A DNA stretch of 64,000 bases from Mustelus asterias. Taxonomy: Eukaryota. The notes under the pieces are model-generated. The model ran no database searches. It worked only from the letters and a program-made list of their open reading frames with translations, and had not been told where the DNA came from. How positions within the stretch are numbered: position 1 is the first letter of the stretch; each line of letters opens with the position of its first letter. Below are positions 37,657-49,473 of the stretch, in pieces. The stretch lies in NCBI RefSeq assembly GCF_964213995.1, contig NW_027590147.1:124001-188000 (forward strand). Reading direction: 5' to 3'. A program made the position numbers and the translations under genes.

Positions 37657-39732
37657 TTATAGGTCAGGTTTCAGGCGAGATGCGGTGCGCAGAAAGTGTT
37701 GGAGATTCGTGTCGTGGTCCTGCTGGTCATGGCCGCAGATGGTGACGTTATCCAGGTACGGGAAGGTAGCCCGCAACCCGTTCTGGTCCACCATTCGGTC
37801 CATAGCACGCTGGAAGACCGAGACCCCATTGGTGACACCAAATGGAACCCTGAGGAATTGGTATAGACGACCATCTGCCTCAAAAGCCGTGTATTGTCGG
37901 TCCTCTGGGCGGATGGGGAGTTGATGGTAGGCGGACTTAAGGTCTATGGTAGAGAACACTCGGTACTGCGCAATCTGATTGACCATATCAGAAATGCGCG
38001 GGAGAGGATACGCATCCAGCTGCGTATAACGATTAATGGTCTGACTGTAGTCGATGACCATCCGAGGTTTGTTCCCGCTTTTGACTACCACGACCTGCGC
38101 TCTCCATGGACTAGCACTGGCCTGTATGATCCCTTCCTTGAGGAGCCGCTGAACCTCAGATCTAATAAAGATCCGGTCCTCAGCGCTGTAACGCCTACTT
38201 TTAGTAGCGATGGGCTTGCAGCCTGGTACCAGATTCTTAAAGAGGGATGGTGTAGTGATTTTCAGAGTGGAAAGGTTGCATGCGGGGCGCTTTGGGCAAT
38301 TTGGAGGCTGCGGCTGATTCCCTACTGCCAGTGAAGGGAGTGGCCCACCGTACTGTAGGATCACACTCTTCATGTGGACCATAAAATTTAGTCCGAGGAG
38401 AATTGGCGCACAAAGGTGAGGTAACACAAGGAGCCTGTATTGCTCGTAAATTGTGCCCTGTACCTCAAGAGTTACCATACATCGTCCTTGGATCGGTACA
38501 GACCGGGACCGTGATGCCATGGAAATTGTCTGCTTGGCAGGGAGAACCCGGAGTCCACACCTTTTAGCAGTTTCAGGGTGTATGAAACTTTCGGTGCTCC
38601 CACTGTCAAACAGACAATTCACAGTTCGACCATTTACCTTTATATCCATCATGGAATTCTCAAGCCTGTGGTGCTTAGTCTGGTCCAGGGAGATCGACGC
38701 CACCGTTGGCCCCTGGGCGTCACTGCATGCCGCCGATGTTGATGCTGAGGACCCCTGCTGGTCGCTCCTAGTCGTCGTGGACCATGATGGCCGCCCCCAT
38801 GAATCGCACGTGGGCGAGGGCGCCAAACGCAGCGACTCCTGGTGGTCTTCCTCCTCCTCCGTCAGCCACGATGGCGCCGTCCTGAGTTCGCACGTGGTCG
38901 GACCTCGTGGGTACTGCAACGCCGAAGGAGATTGTCTCCGTTCTGGAGGGTTACAAGCTGCACTGCCGTTTTTAGACTTCGACCTGCAGACTTTACCGTA
39001 GTGGCCTTTTTTACCGCACTGGCTGCAGGTTGCCATTCTTGCCGGACACTGTTGCCGTGGATGCTTGGCCCCACCACAAAAATAGCATCGCTGGCCACCT
39101 GGAGCTGCCGCCGTCGTCGGATCGATCTGGGAGCGCGGGTTAGCGGGGCAAGGAGGGAGCTGAGCTTGCTCCTGCCACGTTGACTGCACGTGGTCCTCAG
39201 GGTACAGCGCCAAGCTTTTCGACGCCGCTTCCAGCATCTCAGCCATCTCCATTGCTTGGGTCAAGTCGAGGTTCCCCTTTTCCAGCAATTTAAGCCTGAT
39301 GTACGAGGACCCTACCCCTGCTACGAACGCGTCTCGGGCGAGGTCGTACATATATTGTTCGGCTGATACGTCTTTACAATCACAACCCCTGGCAAGCTGC
39401 AGGAGCTCATTGGCGTAGTCCTCCATGGTTTCGCCCGACTGCCGACGTCGTGTAGCGAGGAGGTAACGAGCGTGTATCTCGTTGGGTGGTTTCGTGTATC
39501 GTTTCTTCAGGAGCTCGACGGCCCTCGGGTAAGTGGGAGCCGCACGAATCGCGAGATAAATCGTGTCGCTTACCCTTGCGTGGAGGACTTGGAGTTTGTC
39601 ACTGTCTGTAGTGATAGCTACAGAGGCAGCCAGGTAGTCTTCGAAACACTTCCACCAGTGGTCGAAGGTGTTAGCGGCACCGACTGCACGTGGGTCCAGC
39701 GCCAGACGATCTGGTTTTAAGATCTGTTCCAT
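37657..39732 (-). CDS. gag: Gypsy gag-protease-RT
   Basis: ATG 39732 (MEQILKPDRL); two CCHC knuckles; LFDSGS protease; RT PFG..YLDNV. Confidence 0.9.
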   Translation of the reverse strand: MEQILKPDRLALDPRAVGAANTFDHWWKCFEDYLAASVAITTDSDKLQVLHARVSDTIYLAIRAAPTYPRAVELLKKRYTKPPNEIHARYLLATRRRQSGETMEDYANELLQLARGCDCKDVSAEQYMYDLARDAFVAGVGSSYIRLKLLEKGNLDLTQAMEMAEMLEAASKSLALYPEDHVQSTWQEQAQLPPCPANPRSQIDPTTAAAPGGQRCYFCGGAKHPRQQCPARMATCSQCGKKGHYGKVCRSKSKNGSAACNPPERRQSPSALQYPRGPTTCELRTAPSWLTEEEEDHQESLRLAPSPTCDSWGRPSWSTTTRSDQQGSSASTSAACSDAQGPTVASISLDQTKHHRLENSMMDIKVNGRTVNCLFDSGSTESFIHPETAKRCGLRVLPAKQTISMASRSRSVPIQGRCMVTLEVQGTIYEQYRLLVLPHLCAPILLGLNFMVHMKSVILQYGGPLPSLAVGNQPQPPNCPKRPACNLSTLKITTPSLFKNLVPGCKPIATKSRRYSAEDRIFIRSEVQRLLKEGIIQASASPWRAQVVVVKSGNKPRMVIDYSQTINRYTQLDAYPLPRISDMVNQIAQYRVFSTIDLKSAYHQLPIRPEDRQYTAFEADGRLYQFLRVPFGVTNGVSVFQRAMDRMVDQNGLRATFPYLDNVTICGHDQQDHDTNLQHFLRTASRLKPDL

Positions 39733-39777
39733 ACTCTTTTTTTGTACAGCTGAGAGTTTTCTGTTACACAATAAAAT

Positions 39778-40072
39778 TGATGCGCGACAATCAAGCACGT
39801 GGAACCAAGGCTTCGATATTGAAGGCTTTTATTGTGTAACAATGGAACGACTAACACGAATACACCAGTTCAGACTGAAGGGGTCCTGCCGGAGCAGAGG
39901 GTCTTATACCTCGCCACCGGAGGCGGGGCCCCACCGGGATGTGCCATGATAACACTTATAACAGGTAAACACCCTAACCCAACAACATTGTACAACCCCC
40001 ACAGTAACAACACCCTAGCCCAACAGTAACATAATAACAACCCCCAGTGGTAACCAACGATGGTTCACCACA
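39778..40072 (-). repeat. 5' LTR (295 bp)
   Basis: Minus strand carries TATAAG, an Inr-like TCAGT and AATAAA. Confidence 0.95.
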
Positions 40073-40800
40073 GGGACTGTGGCCGACACCGGGTGTTTAT
40101 AAAGCCTCACCATCCACCCGCAAAGTCCATTTATGTTTCCGGTTTTATTTCGGGCTCTGGATCTGCACTCGGTCTTTGTAAAAATCTCCATTTAAAACCC
40201 GCTCGCTCGAGCTCCTTACCGTCTGCCGCAGGCACTGCGCATGCTCCAGCTCCAACCAGGATGGGGCCGTTAACCTGGGCCTGTTCCCGGGAGGGAGGGA
40301 GGGAGAAGCCCCGCAGCTGCAAACCAGGGAGCTGACAATGATTCTGAAGGGTTTGCGGATCCTCCCCAATCTCCAACCGCCGGCTCCAGCGCTTCACCCG
40401 GTGCTGAAATATTTGCTCCAGCCCCGCCCTTCCTTCACTCCGATTGGTTGGAGGACCAGCCGCTCCCGCTCGGTCCTCCAGCACCGCCCCCTCTTTCTAT
40501 TGGTTCGGAGCTGCCGTCAATCAGTGCCCGGGCATTGTGATGTGGAGCATGCGCAGTGTCATTGCTGTCCTTGGCGCTTGTTTGTCCCGGAGAAGCGGAG
40601 TCAGCGTTAGGCGGTGGCTGGGAGGATTTGGAAACACTTTGTGGATCCGCAAACCCTTCAGAATCATTGTCAGCTCCCTGGTTTGCAGCTGCGGGGCTTC
40701 TCCCTCCCTCCCGGGAACAGGCCCAGGTTAACGGCCCCATCCTGGCTCAGCCACTGGAGGATGGTTCACATCAGAGGATGGGGGAGGGGTCAATAAATAA
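40073..40800. promoter_or_regulatory. CpG-rich ZNF promoter with about 105-bp inverted repeats
   Basis: 40256..40362 is a near reverse complement of 40643..40745; the core has ATTGG x2, GC boxes and GCATGCGCAG. Confidence 0.75.
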
Positions 40801-41516
40801 CAGGTTACACTTTGGCCTCAAATCAATGAGGACTCTGATCTCTGGGAAGGAAGGAAACCCTGGGAGGTGGGCGGGGAGGATTCACAAACACCCGCTGGAG
40901 GCCCCAACACCCCCAATAAGACCCATTGGTTTTATTGTCAGTCTGCAGACAGGAGCTGGAGAACTGAACCCAGACAGAGGAGAGGGAGGGAGAAAACTGG
41001 GAGTGGAGGAAATAAATGGTGAGATGGGTTTGGATTTAAGCCAAGGGAGGAGGGAGAATTTGTGGGACAGGAATTTATTGATTTGGGGAACAAGAGAGGA
41101 AGAAATGTTCCAGAGAATTAGAATTGTCTGTTCAAAATTTCTATCCTGGACTGACAGTGATTAATTTTGTAAACTCCTTTTACAGGTGAGGTGAAGAAAC
41201 ATCACATCAAAATCAGACAGAGTCTCGATTCACTTGGACTTAAATATCCTCAGACTTTGAACGTGGAAGGAGAAATGTTTGTCTTCTGTCTGGAGGAGAA
41301 GATTTCAAACATCAGTGTGACTGAAAAAGCACCAAGATACACGCACACCCGAGTGAGAGTGTTTCAGTGAGTTGACTGGAAAGAGCTTTATCCAGTTACG
41401 CAGCCTTAAAAAAACATCACAGCATTCACAGCAAGGAGAAACTGTACACGTGTTCTGTGTGTGGATGAGACTTCAACTGATCGTTTAACCTGGAGAAACA
41501 TAAGGACACCAGCACC

Positions 41517-42440
41517 ATGGAGAAACCGTGGAAATGTGGGGACTGTGGGAAAGGATTCAGTTACCCTTCCCTGCTGGAAAACCATCGGCGCAGTCACACT
41601 GGTGAGAGACCGTTCACCTGCTCTGTCTGTGGGGAGGGATTCATTCAGTCATCTGGCCTTTGGTCTCACCAGAGAATTCACACTGAGGAAAAGCCATTCA
41701 CCTGCACCTCCTGTGGGAAGAGGTTCAGGCATTCTTCAGCACTCACTGTGCACCAACGCAGTCACACCGGGGAGAGACCATTCATCTGCTCCGTGTGTGG
41801 GAAGGGATTCACTCAGTCATTCCACCTGCTGTCACACCAGCGAGTTCATACTGGGGAGAGGCCGTTCACCTGCTCCGACTGTGGGAAGGGATTCACTGGG
41901 TCATCCCACTTACTGTCACACCAGCGAGTTCACATTGAGGAGAAGCCATTCAGCTGCACTGACTGTGGACGGAGTTTCAGACAGGCATCCTCCCTCGTTG
42001 CACACCAGCGAATTCACACTGGGGAGAGACCGTTTACTTGCTTTGTGTGTGGCAAGGGATTCACAGTTTTACCCACCCTGCTGAGACACCAGAAAATTCA
42101 CACTGAAGAGAAGCCATTCAGCTGCACTGACTGTGGAAAGAATTTCAGGCAGTCATCCAACCTCACTGCTCACCGACGCACTCACACTGCAGAAAGACCA
42201 TTCACATGCTCCGTGTGTGGGAAGGGATTCAGTCGGTCATCCAACCTCTCTGCTCACCAGCGAGTTCACACAGGGGAGAGGCCATTCACTTGCTCCGTGT
42301 GTGGGAAGGGATTCGCAAAGTCTTTCAACCTGCTGGCTCACCAACGCACTCACACTAAGAGGCCATTCAACTGCTCTGTGTGTGGGAAGGGATTCACTCA
42401 GTCACAATGGCTCCTGAGACATCAACAAGTTCACAAGTGA
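41517..42440 (+). CDS. tandem C2H2 zinc-finger protein (11 fingers)
   Basis: 307-aa ORF MEKPWKC...HQQVHK; acceptor ttttacag at about 41185. Confidence 0.92.
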   Translation: MEKPWKCGDCGKGFSYPSLLENHRRSHTGERPFTCSVCGEGFIQSSGLWSHQRIHTEEKPFTCTSCGKRFRHSSALTVHQRSHTGERPFICSVCGKGFTQSFHLLSHQRVHTGERPFTCSDCGKGFTGSSHLLSHQRVHIEEKPFSCTDCGRSFRQASSLVAHQRIHTGERPFTCFVCGKGFTVLPTLLRHQKIHTEEKPFSCTDCGKNFRQSSNLTAHRRTHTAERPFTCSVCGKGFSRSSNLSAHQRVHTGERPFTCSVCGKGFAKSFNLLAHQRTHTKRPFNCSVCGKGFTQSQWLLRHQQVHK

Positions 42441-43699
42441 CTGCAGGGGTTGGATTTTGCTGTTTTTGCTGCTGTTCAGTATTGACAGTCTGACAATATT
42501 TTATTTCTGCTGATGTTAACAAACCCTATAACTAGCTGGAATTTAATATTCTGGAAGTGTCACTGATTTTCAGGGCTGCAATGTCGCTTTTTAAAAGCAC
42601 CACCAATGATCTTCCCCCTTAATTGAAGAACTCTCAACAGGAACCTGTTTAGAATAAAGTTAAGAACTTTTGCTTCAATTCTAATTTGATCTTTGGGCAA
42701 AATCTACAATTCATTCTCTGAAAGATCCATCTGCAGGGCACAAAGTATTTATTTTCAATGCTTGTATTGAGATTTTCTGGAAAGCTACTCTTTGATTTTT
42801 AAGGGCTATTTTTTGGTTTCCAGGGGATCGTTTTCCATTCTCAGTAACTCCTTTATTAGTGACGTAGTCACGTAGTAACATTACCTTTTGTGTTTCTGTT
42901 AGTTTACTTCTTTGAGTAAGATAGCACAAATACTGAAGACTGTGTATATATTAAATCTTTTAAATTGGAATCTATGAATGATATGTTTTGTTAACTTATT
43001 TTAAAAATACTCCCATACTCTCTTTCCAAAATGAGAATTCGAACTATTTGACACAAGGTAACTGAATCAGATGTTTACTGGTTCAGACAGTGGAGCAGGA
43101 AAAATCTCTCCCGATTCTGATCTTCATTGTGTGTGGATTTACATTGATAACCCATCAATAACCTCACTACACCAGCTGAGATCAGCTCTGACCGGGGATT
43201 CTGTATGTTGTCTGTGAACATTAAACTGCAAATAAAAGCAGTTTAGAATATGAACCTGGATGAATGGATCTCAATTTCTAATGTGACGACCCAAGTGATT
43301 GGTAAGTACGTTCACAATATCTGGTTACTCCAATTCCTGAGCTGTAAACCCCACCTCCTGAGATATATAAAAATAATCGAGACTTGTTCAGCAGAATGGG
43401 GAAAGCTCTGCCGATGGTTGGATCATTCCTTTTGAGGCTCACACTGCTATGAAACTAGTTCTGTAGCAGGAAGACACAGCTCCTCCACACGTCACTGATA
43501 GGCTGCTGAGTCTTTTCTTAAAATAGGTGGCAAAGCTGTTCCTCCAGTTTGAGACTCTGTCTCTGCAGATGCAGCAACATCGGGAGAGACAGAATCTGTG
43601 ATTGGAGGAGATGGTCCTCACAGTTTCTGTCTCTCCCATGTACAGGATGATTTATTTTCTTCCAGTAGTTCCTCCTAAGACAGAATTTCTGCGGGCCTT

Positions 43700-44290
43700 T
43701 TGGCAAGTCATGTTGTAGCTTTATAGAACCTCAGTTAGGCCGCACTTGGAACATAGTGTTCAATTCTGGTCGCCGCACTACCAGAAAGATGTGGAGGCTT
43801 TGGAGAGGGTGGAGAGGGTACAGAAAAGATCTACCAGGATGTTGCCTGGTATGGAGGGCATTAGCTATGAGGAAAGGTTGGAGAAACTTGGTTTGTTCTC
43901 ACTGGAACGACGCAGGTTGAGGGCGATCTGACAAAGTCTACAAGATTGTGAGGGGCTTGGGCAGATGGATAGAAGCTTTTTCCCAGGGTAGAAGAGTCAA
44001 TTACTCGGGGGGCATAGGTTTAAGGTGCGAGGGGCAAGGTTTAAAGGAGATGTACGAGGCAGAATTTTTACCCAGAGGGTGGTGGGTGCCTGGAACTCGC
44101 TGCCGGGGGAGGTAGTGGAAGCAGATACAATAGTGAATTTTAAGGGGCGTCTTGACAAATACATGAATAGGATGTGAATGGAGGGATATGGTCCCCAGAA
44201 GGGTAGGGGGTTTTAGTTCAGTTAGGCAGCGTGGTTGGTGCAGGCTTGGAGGGCTAAAGGTTTTCCCGTGCTGTAATTTTCTTTGTTTTC
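43700..44290 (+). mobile_element. CR1 3' fragment
   Basis: VQFWSPHYQKDVEALERV..LGLFSLERRRLR. Confidence 0.88.
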
Positions 44291-45019
44291 TTTTGAGAGT
44301 GAATTCACCATCCACAGCCGTTCACTTTGAACCCTGGTTTGAAATATTCTCACTCTGGGTTTAAGGCTTCCTGGCGTAATACACAGATTTAGATCTTACC
44401 ACCAAACACCAATTCATATCCTCATCCGAGTCCCAGATTTAAATGTGGTTGTCCAAACTAGAAAACATATATAATTTGACTCTTTTTAAACCTGATTCAC
44501 CACACCCTGCCACACTAACTACAACAGATTGTGTTTGGGACCAGTTGTTCCGTTAAAGTCTGGGTTGTTCTCAATGGTGACAGTTTTAACCTCTCCATAA
44601 CCTGTCATAACCCTTCTGCCCTCCAGGGGGCTCTGTTTTTCTGATGGTGACATTTCCTGTTTACCCAGTCAGCCCTTGAATTGTTTGTGAATCCAGTCAC
44701 ATGTCGGTTAGACTGGATCAGGGCGGCAGATTTCCTTCCTTAAAGGGCATGACAGAACCAGGTGTGTTTTTACAACAATTAATTCATGCTCATCAATATT
44801 TTTGTTGAAACGTGGTGGGATTCAAACCCAGGTCCCAAAATCATTATAATAAATAGAGAAAATGCTGGATAAACTCAGCAGGTCGGTTCTTTTCAGAACT
44901 CCAGCATCTGCTGGATTTTGCTTTACCTCCAAATCATTCCCCTGGATTACTCCTGCTCTGGCTCTAATTCCAGTCAGCTCAGACAACAAAAACAGGTTTC
45001 ACAAAATCACAAACATTTA

Positions 45020-46411
45020 AAAAAGGAGGTAGACAAAAGGCAGGTAACTATAGGCCGGTTAGCTTAACTTCTGGAGGAGGGAAAATGCTTGGATCTATCA
45101 TCAGGGAAGAAATAGCGAGACATCTGGATATAAATTGTCCCATTGGTAAGACACAGCATAGGTTCATGAAGGGCAGGTCATGTTTGAGTAATTTGGTGGA
45201 ATTCTTTGAGAACATTACATGTGCAGTGGACAATGGGGAACTTGTGGATGTGGTGTATCTGGATTTCCAGAAGGCATTTGACAAGGTGCCGCACCAAAGA
45301 CTGCTGCATAAGATAAAGGTGCACAGTGCTACGGGTAATGTATTAGCATGGATAGAGGATTGGTTAACTAACAGAAAGCAAAGAGTGGGAGTAAATGGGT
45401 GTTTTTCTGGTTGGCGATCAGTGACTAGTGGTGTGCCTCAGGGATCAGTGTTGGGACTGCAATTGTTTACGGTTTACATAGATGATTTGGAGTTGGGGAC
45501 CAAGTGTAGTGTGTCAAAATTTGCAGATGACACTAAGAGCAAAGTGTACAGAGGACGCTGAAAGTCTGCAAAGGGATATAGATAATCTATGTGAGTGGGC
45601 GAGTGTCTGGCAGATGGAGTACAATGTTGGTAAATGTGAGGTCATCCATTTTGGTAGGAATAACAACAAAATGGACGATTATTTAAATGGTAAAAAATTG
45701 CAGCATGCTGCTGTGCAGAGGGACAGGGGTGTCCTTGTGCAGGAATCTCAAAGAGTTGGTTTGCAGGTGCAGCAGGTAATTAAGAAGGCAAATGGAATTT
45801 TGTTCTTCATTGCTGGAGGGATGGAGTTTAAAAACAGCGAGGTTATGTTGCAGCTGTATAAGGCGCTGGTGAGGCCACACCTGGAGTACTGTGTACAGTT
45901 TTGGTCTCCTTACTTGAGAAAGGATATACTGGCATTGGAGGGGGTGCAGAGGAGATTCACGAGGTTGATTCCGGAGTTGACAGGGTTGGCTTATGAGGAG
46001 AAACTGAATAGACTGGGGCTATACTCATTGGATTTCAGAAGAATGAGGGGAGATCTTATAGAAACATATAAGATTATGAAGGGAATAGATTAGAAGCAGC
46101 GAAGTTGTTTCCACTGGCGGGTGAAACTAGAACTTGGGGCATAGCCTCAAAATAAGTGGAAGCAGATTTAGGACTGAGTTGAGGAAGAACTTCTTCACAC
46201 AAAGGGTTGTGAATCTGTGGAATTCCCTGCCCAGTGAAGCAGTTGGGGCGACCTCATTGAATGTTTTTAAGGCAAGGATAGATAAATTATTGAACAGTAA
46301 AGGAATTAAGGGCTATGGTGAGTGGGCGGGTAAGTGGAGCTGAGTCCACAAAAAGATCAGCCATGAGGGCTCGAGGGGCCAGATGGCCTACTCCTGCTCC
46401 TAGTTCTTATG
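45020..46411 (+). mobile_element. CR1 LINE RT and 3' end
   Basis: ORFs 45085..45561 and 45482..46093 ([28 protein letters not shown]); ttcttatg tail. Confidence 0.92.
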
Positions 46412-46510
46412 TACTTCCCACAATCCCCACATTTCCATGGCATCTCCCTGTGACTGCAATTATGTTCCAAAAGGCCAGATGATTGGTTGAAGCTTTCACC
46501 ACACCTGACT
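46412..46510 (-). pseudogene. zinc-finger gene fragment truncated by CR1
   Basis: [30 protein letters not shown] in ORF 46357..46692. Confidence 0.7.
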
Positions 46511-46869
46511 AAACCTCTGACTAACCTGACTAAAACTGAGGATAAAGTATTGGTGTCTGTAAGGGCTAAAACAATACCCTTGGCTTCCTTGTAGATCTGT
46601 GGCACCAAGTTCAAGACTGCTTCATGAATCATCCTCTCGGCCTCTAGCCTGTCAACTGCCCATGAGAATCTTATATGTTTCAGAATGTTCACTGCTCATT
46701 CTTCCAAACCCAATGAGTATTGGTGCAACCCTTCCCCAAAAGACAACGAGTTGGATTCTGCGAGGTCAAAGGACCTTTGTGTGGTCCACCCCCCGGCCTG
46801 CTACGATTCCTGTGGTGGGTGGGATGGGAGAATTCTCCCCTACACCTTCACAACCTTTCCTCAAAAGAC

Positions 46870-47370
46870 AACACCTTCATCTTAGGAATGGGCCTGGTGA
46901 ACTTCCTCTGAACTCATTCCAATGAAAGCATGTCATTCCATAAGTAGGGAGACCAAAACCATACACAGTATTCCAGCTGCTATCTCAGCAATGTCCTGTG
47001 TAGGTGCAGCAAGTTCCCTTTTTCAAACTCCACCCCCTTGCAGTAAAGTCCAACACTCCATTTGCTGCCTTCTTTACTTGCTGTACCTTCATCCTATTTT
47101 TTCACGATTCATGTACAAGGACACCCAGATTCCTCTCTACGGCAGTATTCTTCAGTTTCTGTATATTTAAACAATTTTTTGCTTCTCTATTCTTCCTGCC
47201 AAAGTGGAAAAGCTCCCACTTTCCCGCACTATACTCCATCTGCCATTTTTCTGTCCATTCAGGTAACTTATCTGTGTCCCTTACAGATTTTTTGTAATAA
47301 CCTCACAGCTTGCTTTTCTACCTATCTTTGTATCATCAATTCTGGCTTCATCCAAGTCATTGATCAAGGT
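46870..47370 (-). mobile_element. old CR1 fragment
   Basis: LINDLDE..DDTKIG peptide on the minus strand. Confidence 0.65.
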
Positions 47371-47840
47371 GGCTGTTTTTCTCTCTCTCAGTTGTGGGTG
47401 ATATTTGTCTCTATTCTCCTGGAAACTGAATGAATCTTGTTCCAAACTGGGTTCAATATCAGACATTTCAGGGAGTCAGGAATCATTCGCCCCTGAACCT
47501 ACACTGGTAAAACCCCAGGCAGTTCCTCAGTAAGGATTTTTCTGGTTCCTCACCATATATTAGTCAGGATACTGAAACCCAGCTTTTTTACAGTCCACTC
47601 CTGGAGGCCCCACTCCCTGAGCCGACAACATTCAGCAGTGTCAGTGCTGAAGTTTCACCGTGGGAGTGATTCCCAGAGTAACTGTCAATCAGATCACCAT
47701 TGATGTCCAGGTTTGTGTATTTTTAGTTATCCTGATGTCTAACACACACACATCAATAAAACAGGGAATTCCTGCAAACAAACTGCAGCTTCTTCTCTAT
47801 CTGGAAATCCAATGTTTGTTGAATAATTGTCCCAGCGGTT

Positions 47841-48895
47841 AACATAGAACATAGAACATAGAACATTACAGCGCAGAACAGGCCCTTCGGCCCACGATGT
47901 TGCACCGACCAGTTAAAAAAAAAAACTGTGACCCTCCAACCTAAACCAATTTCTTTTCGTCCATGAACCTATCTACGGATCTCTTAAACGCCCCCAAACT
48001 AGGCGCATTTACAACTGATGCTGGCAGGGCATTCCAATCCCTCACCACCCTCTGGGTAAAGAACCTACCCCTGACATCGGTTCTATAACTACCCCCCCTC
48101 AATTTAAAGCCATGCCCCCTCGTGCTGGATTTCTCCATCAGAGGAAAAAGGCTATCACTATCCACCCTATCTAAACCTCTAATCATCTTATATGTTTCAA
48201 TAAGATCCCCTCTTAGCCGCCGCCTTTCCAGCGAAAACAATCCCAAATCCCTCAGCCTCTCCTCATAGGATCTCCCCTCCATACCAGGCAACATCCTGGT
48301 AAACCTCCTCTGCACCCTCTCCAAAGCCTCCACATCCTTCCTGTAATGTGGGGACCAGAACTGCACACAGTACTCCAAGTGCGGCCGCACCAGAGTTGTG
48401 TACAGTTGCAACATAACGCTACGACTCCTAAATTCAATCCCCCTACCAATAAACGCCAAGACACCATATGCCTTCTTAACAACCTTATCTACTTGATTCC
48501 CAACTTTCAGGGATCTATGCACACATACACCTAGATCCCTCTGCTCCTCCACACTATTCAAAGTCCTCCCGTTAGCCCTATACTCAACACATCTGTTATT
48601 CCTACCAAAGTGAATTACCTCACACTTCTCCGCATTAAACTCCATCCGCCACCTCTCGGCCCAACTTTGCAACCTGTCTAAGTCTTCCTGCAAACTACGA
48701 CACCCTTCCTCACTGTCTACCACACCACCGACTTTGGTGTCATCAGCAAATTTGCTAATCCACCCAACTATACCCTCACCCAGATCATTAATAAATATTA
48801 CAAACAGCAGTGGCCCCAAAACAGATCCCTGAGGTACACCACTTGTAACCGCACTCCATGATGAATATTTACTATCAACCACCACCCTCTGTTTC
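47841..48895 (-). mobile_element. 5'-truncated young CR1 with open ORF2 C-terminus
   Basis: Uninterrupted 314-aa ORF 47941..48885; (CATAGAA)n tail on the plus strand. Confidence 0.95.
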
Positions 48896-49473
48896 CTCCT
48901 GTGAACTCATCCAACTCGTACTGAACAGGCTCCTGTGAACTCATCCAACTCGTATTTTAATACTGACTTTAACAAATATATTTTAAATAGGTTTATTTTA
49001 AATGAGTTAAAACCAGCCTTAAAATGGTAGATATAGTATAACAACCATAGTACTTTTCAGACTGGAAACTTTAACCTGCTGTTTCACTTTGATTTAGGAG
49101 CAGATCCCAGTTTTACACCAATCTCTGATTCATGTATCCAGCATTCACTGTCATTCTAAAAGCAGAAGTTGCTGCAAAATCTCAGTAAGTCTGACAGAAT
49201 CTGTAAAGACAGGAACAGTTAATGTTTCCAGTTGAATGTGACTCTTCTTCAGTGTCAAAACATTCGCTCTGTTTCTCTCTCCAGAGATGCTGTCAGACCT
49301 GCTGAGTTTTTACAGCACTTCTTGTTTTTATTTACGAGTTCAGGACTCAGACAAGACAATCCACAATACAAATCTTACAACTGGGCCAGGGTTTATTAAC
49401 ATCAGCAGAAACAGACACCGATGAAAATGGTTGGGACCTCGATGTGATTAACAGCAAAATTCAGTCCTTGCAG

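Larger units (their letters stand above)
35405..40072 (-). mobile_element. full-length young Ty3/Gypsy LTR retrotransposon
   Basis: TG..CA LTRs at both ends; GGGAC TSD (35400..35404 and 40073..40077); PPT (minus strand aaaggaggggtgaa) next to the 3' LTR; gag-PR-RT-RH-IN order. Confidence 0.97.

Noticed and set aside
37657-37680. Programmed frameshift between the two Gypsy ORFs
   Set aside because: It lies inside RT with no slippery heptamer; best explained by a 1-nt insertion or sequencing error
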